From positions 1 to 10,133 of the forward strand of contig JAYZBQ010000093.1 of assembly GCA_036338695.1 (NCBI GenBank): DNA of 10,133 nucleotides, in the 5' to 3' direction. The position numbers were made by a program, and so were the translations under genes. The stretch's first letter is position 1, and every line of letters begins with the position of its first letter. Below, one piece after another: positions 1-5,871 of the stretch. Source of the stretch: Myxococcota bacterium (lineage in GTDB: Bacteria > Myxococcota > UBA4151). The notes under the pieces are model-generated. The model ran no database searches. It was not told the DNA's origin and worked only from the letters and a program-made list of their open reading frames with translations.

Positions 1-808
1 CCTGCGCCTTGGCAAGACGTGCCAGCGTGTCGCTGGTGCGTGTGGGGTAGTGGCGCTCCTGCAGAATGGTCCGTATTTTTTGTGTCTTCATCGTTTGCAG
101 TACTCGGGCGACGTGCCTGGGTGTCGGCGCAATGCCTGGTAGCGGTTCCACATTGATCGGTCGTTTCAGACCGAGCCAATCGATAAGATAAACAAGCGAG
201 CGATGATAAGTTACGATGGTGCGTTGAGACTCGCTAAGTTGAGCGAAACGCTCTGTCTGTGCTTGAGCGATCTTCTGAAGTTGCTCTGCAACCGCTTTGG
301 AGCTGCTGTTGTAAAATGCCTGCCGCTCGCTGTCGAGTTCAGCGAGCTTGTTGCCGATGGCAATGGCTAGCTTGGCAGCTTGTCGTGGGTCGTAGAGGTA
401 GTGTGGGTTGCCGCCCGGGTGGATATCACCCATCGCCCGGTTTGCTTGCGCTGGTACCTCTTGGACGTCTGCGTAGAGCGATGCGTCAAAGTGCCCTGTA
501 GCACCCACTTGCACAGCCATATTACGTGAGTTGACAATAATCGGGGGCAACCAACCGATCTCGAGCTCCAGCCCGTTGACCACCAGGAGGTCCGCCCGTG
601 CGACCGCAACGACTAAACTCGGTTTGGGGTCGACGTAGTGCGGATCTTGATGCGGACTCGACATGGTGGTCACGCGCACATGCTCACCGCCAACCTCTGC
701 GACCAAGGCGGCGAGGTCTGGCACGGTCGTGACCACTTTGAGCGCTGCGCGAGCCGGCGTCGCCATTACGAGAGCGCTGAGTAAGATGAGGCTCAGTCGT
801 TTCAACAT
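1..808 (-). CDS. Metal ABC transporter substrate-binding protein, ZnuA/TroA (cluster A-I) family; 3' end lies outside the window
   Basis: Hand translation from the ATG at 808: MLKRLSLILLSALVMATPARAALKVVTTVPDLAALVAEVGGEHVRVTTMSSPHQDPHYVDPKPS...ADLLVVNGLELEIGWL...GDIHPGGNPHYLYDP...IVTYHRSLVYL...EPLPGIAPTPRH. It has a signal peptide and the DPH, NPH and YH metal-ligand motifs. A GGAGG RBS (814-818) overlaps the upstream TAG. It is absent from the ORF track because there is no stop codon inside the window. Confidence 0.93.
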   Translation of the reverse strand, partial: MLKRLSLILLSALVMATPARAALKVVTTVPDLAALVAEVGGEHVRVTTMSSPHQDPHYVDPKPSLVVAVARADLLVVNGLELEIGWLPPIIVNSRNMAVQVGATGHFDASLYADVQEVPAQANRAMGDIHPGGNPHYLYDPRQAAKLAIAIGNKLAELDSERQAFYNSSSKAVAEQLQKIAQAQTERFAQLSESQRTIVTYHRSLVYLIDWLGLKRPINVEPLPGIAPTPRHVARVLQTMKTQKIRTILQERHYPTRTSDTLARLAKAQ

Positions 809-817
809 CGCCGCCTC

Positions 818-2119
818 CTAGTACGTGTGCGCGCCGTGAGCGCCCACGAGGAATTCAATCGCGAGCATTCCGACATAGATGGGTTCATCGCGGTACAGTG
901 GGTTGTCGACGCTGCCCTGCAGACGCAGCCGAGAAAAGTGGGACGGATAGTGCGTCACTTGTGCCGAGACACGATGCCGATCGTCGGTCGCCTCAGGGAT
1001 CAGGTCATCATCGGGAGAGCCGGTCACGTAGCCGTAGCGAGCGCCCGTCTCCCACAACTTGTTCATCCGCCAGACGAGCTGGGTGTAGCCGCCTGCGTCC
1101 ACTCGAAGCCCGCGCGGTATCTGCCGTCGTCGCAGCATCCCCTCAAAGGTCCAAGAGAGCGCCATGCGCTGCGGGTGCTCGACCGGTCGGTAGCGAAGAT
1201 ACAGGTCGGTCAGGTAGATCTCCGTACGGTTTCCATTCCCGGTGGAGTTCGGTCCCTGCTGCGTCGTCATACCCCAGGCCAGCCCAAGGTTTGAGGACAG
1301 GTCAAAGAACTGCCTCAGCCCGACGGTGTAGACGAAGTCGCCGATCGAGTTGACCCCCAAGTCATTGGCTCCAAGGAAGCTTTTAGCGCAGCACTCACCG
1401 CCTGCGTCCGTCGCCGATCCGATGAGCTCGGCGTACCACGGCAGCGGGCTCAGCCACGACAGCTCAACGCCAGATCCTCGGCTACCTTCAGAGCCGAGCA
1501 AGGTCCCGTTGACGATGGGTTGGTCCACAAACGACCAACTATGGGGGTGGGTCGCGTTGAGCCTACCCATCCGGGTGAGAAATTGACCAGCACGCAGCTG
1601 TAAGCCGCCAGGTAGCGCAAGCGTCCGCCCATAGGCTTCTTCCACCTCGACGCCGTAGGCGCTGAAGACGAGGTTTGCGCGCAGCTCAAAGAGGTGATCG
1701 ACATTTTCGCCGAGTGACATCTCGAGCTGCTGGAGGTGAAAGCCGGAGTCGGGCGGGTCATGAGCGCCGGTCTGTAGGCCTTCTGCTGAGAACCAGGCAG
1801 CCGCAGCATCCAGAATCAGCGCAATGTCTAAAAATGTTTCCTTCGGCCTGCCAGCGCTTGGCGGGGCGGCGGGGCGGGGAGCAGCCGCTGCGGAGGGTGC
1901 TTGAGCGCTGCCCATGATCTCGAGCGTCGCTTCCACCGTGCGCAGGCGATTTTCCAGTTGATCGACCGCAAGCGACGGTTGCGCCTGCTCGGCAGCCGAG
2001 CCAATGACGTCAGGGCTTTGCACTTCCTGTGCGGCAGCGGGTAGCGAGAACGTGCACAGTGCGCCCACGACCATCAGGCGCATAGCCTCGGTGCCGCTCG
2101 TTCGTGAGAAAGCCAACAT
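818..2119 (-). CDS. Outer-membrane beta-barrel/porin-like protein of the kind often labelled 'zinc-regulated TonB-dependent outer membrane receptor'
   Basis: 433 aa with a signal peptide (LPAAA|QE), a short coiled coil (QLENRLRTVEATL), an Ala/Pro linker and amphipathic beta-strands. Motifs include GAHDP, EVEEAY, RLNATHPHSWSFVDQP, YPSHFSRLRLQ and C-terminal GAHGAHTY. It lies directly upstream of the binding-protein gene. An alternative start is the ATG at 2083. Confidence 0.8.
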   Translation of the reverse strand: MLAFSRTSGTEAMRLMVVGALCTFSLPAAAQEVQSPDVIGSAAEQAQPSLAVDQLENRLRTVEATLEIMGSAQAPSAAAAPRPAAPPSAGRPKETFLDIALILDAAAAWFSAEGLQTGAHDPPDSGFHLQQLEMSLGENVDHLFELRANLVFSAYGVEVEEAYGRTLALPGGLQLRAGQFLTRMGRLNATHPHSWSFVDQPIVNGTLLGSEGSRGSGVELSWLSPLPWYAELIGSATDAGGECCAKSFLGANDLGVNSIGDFVYTVGLRQFFDLSSNLGLAWGMTTQQGPNSTGNGNRTEIYLTDLYLRYRPVEHPQRMALSWTFEGMLRRRQIPRGLRVDAGGYTQLVWRMNKLWETGARYGYVTGSPDDDLIPEATDDRHRVSAQVTHYPSHFSRLRLQGSVDNPLYRDEPIYVGMLAIEFLVGAHGAHTY

Positions 2120-2128
2120 TCGCTAGAC

Positions 2129-2156
2129 CCTTATTGAGAATGGCGTCATATTAGGG
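2129..2156 (-). promoter_or_regulatory. Degenerate Fur/Zur-family operator (site 1) in front of the leftward operon
   Basis: The minus strand reads ccctaa TATGACG CC ATTCTCA ataagg. The right half-site and flanks match sites 2-4, while the left half-site is degenerate. Confidence 0.55.
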
Positions 2157-2180
2157 CGTGCGAGGTCTTTCGCAACACCT

Positions 2181-2205
2181 TTTTTGAGAAACGATTCTCA
2201 ATAAG
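2181..2205 (+). promoter_or_regulatory. Fur/Zur-family operator (site 2) directly upstream of the regulator gene (autoregulation)
   Basis: tttt TGAGAAA CG ATTCTCA ataag, with perfect inverted arms TTGAGAA (2184-2190) and TTCTCAA (2195-2201). Confidence 0.8.
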
Positions 2206-2242
2206 CGAAGTGTCGTCAGAAAACCATGAATGCGGTATCGAT

Positions 2243-2650
2243 ATGAGCAAACGATCTACCCGGCAGAAGCGAGCGATTGAGCGAGTCTTTGAAGCGGCGC
2301 AAGGGCCGCTCGCAGCACGTGACCTGGTTCAGCGTGCGTTAGCGCTCGGAACGAAAATTAGCCTCGCAACGGTCTACCGAATCGTGAGTGAGGGCGTCCA
2401 GAACGGGATCCTTACGGTCGTGCGACTTGAGGATAACGTGGCGCGCTATGAGCGAGCCGATCAACATCACCACCACCACTTCTTGTGCGAGCGATGCGAG
2501 CAAGTGTTTGACATCGCGATACCGTGTGAGCTGGTCGCTCACCATGTCCCAGCTCAGTTCTCTATGAGCCGCCATGAGATCACGCTCTACGGTCACTGCA
2601 AGGAGTGTGAGCCGGGTCCAACGCAGCGCGACGAGGCGCTTCACTCGTGA
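2243..2650 (+). CDS. Fur-family metalloregulator, probably Zur-like
   Basis: It contains TRQKRAI, the ISLATVYR recognition helix, the HHHHHFLCERC metal site and a C-terminal CKEC, giving two CxxC motifs. The ATG at 2243 is preferred over the GTG at 2210, which abuts the operator. The Zur assignment is inferred from the neighbouring genes. Confidence 0.92.
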   Translation: MSKRSTRQKRAIERVFEAAQGPLAARDLVQRALALGTKISLATVYRIVSEGVQNGILTVVRLEDNVARYERADQHHHHHFLCERCEQVFDIAIPCELVAHHVPAQFSMSRHEITLYGHCKECEPGPTQRDEALHS

Positions 2651-2713
2651 GCCGCTGACCGGCTTCCGTCGTTTGTTGATTAGGGCGTGTGCTGTCTTCG
2701 GAGCGCTTTGACT

Positions 2714-2741
2714 TGCTAATGATAATGGTTTCGCAATAGCA
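2714..2741 (+). promoter_or_regulatory. Fur/Zur-family operator (site 3) upstream of the MerC-like and COG0523 genes
   Basis: tgctaa TGATAAT GG TTTCGCA atagca is a 28-bp imperfect palindrome. A -35-like TTGACT lies immediately upstream at 2708-2713. Confidence 0.75.
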
Positions 2742-2790
2742 GGTCGGCAGGTGGCGTGCGTATCTTTTGGAGCGCAGGAGGGCCGAGAAC

Positions 2791-3444
2791 ATGTTGTCGA
2801 AGAGTCAAACATTCGTTGGCGAGCGGGTCGATCGCTTCGGCGCGTTCGCCAGCGTCGCTTGCGCGATTCACTGCGCCGTATGCGCCTTCATCCCGTCTGC
2901 CTTCGCCGCTTTAGGGATCGGCTTCCTCGCAGGGCACATGGCGGAGTGGTTGCTGACGTTGATCGCTGTGGCTTCGGGTGTGGCCGCGCTTGTGTTGGGC
3001 TGGTTACACCACCGAAAGTTCAGGGTCCTCGTGACGCTCTCGATCGGTATCGTGGGTTTGCTGCTCGCTCGATTAGGCGAGAGCCATGACCATGAAGGTG
3101 GGCACTCGGATCATGGCGGTCACGCGGCTGCGGTGTCCCATGACGATGACAGCCCACACGATCATGCTGAAGACGCCACCGGGCACGCCGATCGGGAGCA
3201 CCACGAGCGTCACGCCGACCGTGAGAACCCAAACCACCACGATGACCACGACCAAGATCATGAGGCGCATGAAGCTGCGCATGGCGACTCAGCCCACGAA
3301 GCACACGCACACGGGTCGGGCGAGACGGTGGGGATCGTCGCTGGCCTGATCTTGATGTTCGGTCACCTATCCAACTTGCGCGAGCTGACACGCCGCAAGC
3401 GAGAGACTGAGGGCACCGATTGCTGCGATGAAGAGCGTGTCTGA
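2791..3444 (+). CDS. MerC-domain membrane protein with a large His/Asp/Glu-rich loop; probable metal transporter
   Basis: N-terminal DRFGAFASVACAIHCAVC matches the MerC-family TM1 motif. There are four hydrophobic segments, a final TM ending FGHLSNLR, and a C-terminal DCCD. An AGGAGG RBS at 2776-2781 supports the ATG at 2791 over the TTG at 2767. Confidence 0.85.
   Translation: MLSKSQTFVGERVDRFGAFASVACAIHCAVCAFIPSAFAALGIGFLAGHMAEWLLTLIAVASGVAALVLGWLHHRKFRVLVTLSIGIVGLLLARLGESHDHEGGHSDHGGHAAAVSHDDDSPHDHAEDATGHADREHHERHADRENPNHHDDHDQDHEAHEAAHGDSAHEAHAHGSGETVGIVAGLILMFGHLSNLRELTRRKRETEGTDCCDEERV
3085..3312 (+). repeat. Low-complexity His/acidic coding tract (76 codons, 21 His) that includes a duplicated HADRE unit
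   Basis: The tract runs HDHEGGHSDH...HEAHAH. HADRE is encoded at 3184-3198 and again at 3211-3225. Confidence 0.85.
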
Positions 3445-4492
3445 TCCGAGCGCTCCCCGGATACCCGTTTGGGTCGTCACTGGATTTCTTGGAGCCGGTA
3501 AGACGACGCTTTTGAGACACCTCGCCTGCGCAGAGCCATTACGCCGAATCGCAGTGATCGAGAACGAGTTCGGTGAGACCGGCGTTGATGGGACGCTGCT
3601 CGCGGGGGCGGTTGAGCGGGTGGTTGAGCTGACGGGTGGGTGTGTCTGTTGCACGGTGCGCCAGGACCTCATCGAAGCCTTAGAGTTGATACTGGACGGG
3701 GACGATGATCCGTTTGACGCGATCATCATTGAGACGACGGGGCTCGCTGAGCCCGCTCCGGTGCTTCGCATCTTCGAGCAACCCCAGCTGAGCCAACGGT
3801 TGACCTTGAGCGGCGTCGTGACGGTGATCGATGGAGTCCACTTTGAGCGCTCGCTGAGCGAGACCTCTACCTCGCTTGAACAGGTCGTTTATGCCGATTT
3901 AGTTTTGCTCAATAAAATCGATCTGGTGAGCGAAAATCGGCGAGCAGAAGTTCGAGAGACATTGGCTCAAATAAACCCGCTCGCAGCGGTCATCGAGACG
4001 CGCGCCGCCCAAGTGCGAGCAGAGAGGATCTGGGAGCTCAAGCGTCTTGATGAGGCAGCGCATCCTCGTCAAGCAGGCCAGGGTCAGAGCGGCGCAGCTC
4101 AAGGGCACAGCCATGACCATCACGCTGAAACGCAGCACGATCATCAGCGCGATCATGGGCACCAGCACGATCAAGACGTGAACTCGGTGGCGCTCGAAAT
4201 TTTAGGTGATATCGACGTGGGGTTGCTCGATCAATGGCTCGGTGAGTTGATGCGGTCGACGACGTCAACGCTTCTACGGGTCAAAGGCGTCCTGGCGGTC
4301 CCAGGCTATGCTGAGCGGTTTGTGTTTCAGGCTGTTCGCGATGTCGTCGAGCTTGAGCCCGGGGCAGCATGGAGGGGCGAAGCGCGGCGTTGTCGTTTGG
4401 TGCTCATCGGGCGCGGGCTGGATCGCCAGCAACTGCAGCGGCGCTTTAGAGCCTGCTCGTCTCGATCGCTCAAGGAAGCGCCGTCTCGCTGA
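3428..4492 (+). CDS. COG0523 (CobW/YjiA/ZigA/YciC-like) G3E GTPase metallochaperone
   Basis: It has Walker A GFLGAGKT, NEFG, the GCVCC metal motif, ETTGLA, NKID, a His-rich linker (4106-4168, 9 His in 21 aa) and a CobW_C-type domain (LLRVKG...FVFQAV...LVLIGRGLD). It overlaps the MerC-like gene by 17 bp. Confidence 0.95.
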   Translation: MKSVSDPSAPRIPVWVVTGFLGAGKTTLLRHLACAEPLRRIAVIENEFGETGVDGTLLAGAVERVVELTGGCVCCTVRQDLIEALELILDGDDDPFDAIIIETTGLAEPAPVLRIFEQPQLSQRLTLSGVVTVIDGVHFERSLSETSTSLEQVVYADLVLLNKIDLVSENRRAEVRETLAQINPLAAVIETRAAQVRAERIWELKRLDEAAHPRQAGQGQSGAAQGHSHDHHAETQHDHQRDHGHQHDQDVNSVALEILGDIDVGLLDQWLGELMRSTTSTLLRVKGVLAVPGYAERFVFQAVRDVVELEPGAAWRGEARRCRLVLIGRGLDRQQLQRRFRACSSRSLKEAPSR

Positions 4493-4610
4493 ATTGGTGG
4501 CTTTGAAGCTGTCTCACGTGCCGCCAATAACCCATCCTTTGGTGCTTGGAGCGCTCGACGGGTAGCAGGCGTCGATAGCATTTGTCTTTTGTTCGGGCAC
4601 AAATAACTGT

Positions 4611-4638
4611 TGCTAATGCGAATGCATTCTCAATAAAG
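4611..4638 (+). promoter_or_regulatory. Fur/Zur-family operator (site 4) upstream of the DUF6702-like and HupE genes
   Basis: tgctaa TGCGAAT GC ATTCTCA ataaag shares its left flank with site 3 and its right half with site 2. Confidence 0.8.
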
Positions 4639-4672
4639 GGCGGTGTGATCAGGTTTCGATCCGGCGGATGGT

Positions 4673-5272
4673 GTGAGCATCGTGAGCAGACTTGGTACCA
4701 TCTGGGGCGTCCGTTTCCATCCGGAGTCTAAAGGACCTACTCACTGGCTCGCCGTTGCGCTGTTTGTTTCGACATCGCTGTTGAGTCACACGGCGAGCGC
4801 GCACCCGCTCAAGCTCTCGGCTTCGATCATCAAGTACGACTCAGCGCGGCGATCACTGCGTATGGAGTGCAAGGTCTTCATCGATGACTTTCAGCTCAGC
4901 CTCGTCAACTCGATCCTCAAAGACCGTGACCCGAACAGCGTCAAGCGTGAGGACCGGCGAGCGCTTATCGAGCAGTACTTTCAGATGTTCTACAGCGTGC
5001 GGCACAATGGGCGCTCGCTGACCTGGCGGGTCGAGCAGGTGATCCCTCTCTACCGCGAAAATGTCCTCGTCATCCAGTTCGACAGTGGGGTGACGAGACT
5101 AAGGGCAGGGGACAAAGTGACGGTCGAGAACACCATCATGTTCCGGGACTTTGGCTCTGCTCAGACGAACCGGACGGTGATGGTGATCCCAGAGTATGAC
5201 ATCGACGATGGGCACGCGGCAACCGTCCGAGACTACACAATGACGTACACCCTCGGGAGGCCGAAGCCATGA
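4673..5272 (+). CDS. Secreted/periplasmic protein, DUF6702-like, with a predicted N-terminal His after signal cleavage
   Basis: A hydrophobic signal segment ends TASA|HPLKLS. The pattern HPxxxS..I.Y....L...KVFIDDF resembles my recollection of DUF6702 proteins. Its stop overlaps the next start as ATGA. The start codon is uncertain. Confidence 0.65.
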   Translation: MSIVSRLGTIWGVRFHPESKGPTHWLAVALFVSTSLLSHTASAHPLKLSASIIKYDSARRSLRMECKVFIDDFQLSLVNSILKDRDPNSVKREDRRALIEQYFQMFYSVRHNGRSLTWRVEQVIPLYRENVLVIQFDSGVTRLRAGDKVTVENTIMFRDFGSAQTNRTVMVIPEYDIDDGHAATVRDYTMTYTLGRPKP

Positions 5273-5871
5273 GTGGCGGTACCAACTTCTTTGTGACCGG
5301 TTGGGAACACATTGTTGACGTGAACGCCTACGACCACGTCTTGTTCGTGGTCGCACTGTGCGCGGCTTACCGGCTCTCACAATGGCGCCAAATCGTGATC
5401 ATTATCACTGCGTTCACGCTGGGGCACAGCGCAACCCTCATCTTGTGTGCCCTGGATTGGATTCCAACGAATCAGGACCTCGTTGAGTTGCTGATTCCGA
5501 TGACGATCATGCTGACCGCCTTGTTGAACGTGACGCGCGGGGAGGAAGAGGCGGCGGGCACCCGCATCAAGTACACGACAGCGCTTGGTTTCGGCCTAAT
5601 TCATGGGCTCGCCTTTGCGAACAATTTTCGAGTGATCCTGTTTGAGGACAGCGTCATCATGCCGCTCCTCCTCTTCAATCTGGGCATCGAGGTTGGTCAA
5701 ATCGTTATCGTGATGGTGTTGATGGGTGCGCTGTGGCTCTACAGCAAGCTCGCTGATGGCTCGCACAGCAAATGGAATCAGTTCTTATCAGGCGCCAGTT
5801 TCGGTGTCGCTTCGATCCTGATGTTGGAAGCCTTGAGCCGCCCAGAGGCGACTCTAGCGCCTATGTTCTGA
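5269..5871 (+). CDS. HupE/UreJ-family (HupE_UreJ_2 type) membrane metal transporter
   Basis: Motifs GWEHIVDVNAYDHVLF, TAFTLGHSATL, VELLIPMTI, FGLIHGLAFA and FNLGIEVGQ, with about six hydrophobic segments. Confidence 0.92.
   Translation: MSGGTNFFVTGWEHIVDVNAYDHVLFVVALCAAYRLSQWRQIVIIITAFTLGHSATLILCALDWIPTNQDLVELLIPMTIMLTALLNVTRGEEEAAGTRIKYTTALGFGLIHGLAFANNFRVILFEDSVIMPLLLFNLGIEVGQIVIVMVLMGALWLYSKLADGSHSKWNQFLSGASFGVASILMLEALSRPEATLAPMF

Noticed and set aside
259..609. Track ORFs 259-501 (+) and 367-609 (-)
   Set aside because: They are shadow frames of the ZnuA-like gene, which occupies 1-808 on the minus strand.
2721..2739. Classical 19-bp iron Fur box (GATAATGATAATCATTATC)
   Set aside because: The left part resembles it (AATGATAATG), but the symmetry shared with the other sites centres on a 2-bp spacer, and the window has no iron-uptake genes.
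2791..3444. Mercury-resistance (mer) operon
   Set aside because: Only a MerC-like domain is present. There is no merR, merA, merP or merT, and the context is Fur-family-controlled uptake.
3428..4492. cobW of cobalamin biosynthesis
   Set aside because: No cob/cbi genes or recognisable B12 riboswitch are in the window. The COG0523 subfamily cannot be fixed by eye, so no gene symbol is given.
4493..4528. Hairpin ATTGGTGGC...GCCGCCAAT after the COG0523 stop as an intrinsic terminator
   Set aside because: The 9-bp stem has one G-U pair and an 18-nt loop, with no following U-tract. This is too weak to call.
2339..4602. Alternative-frame and antisense ORFs, including hydrophobic Met/Val/Ile-rich ones (3073-3282, 3899-4174)
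   Set aside because: These are the reverse-complement or shifted readings of His/Asp codon tracts and of well-supported genes, with no independent motifs.
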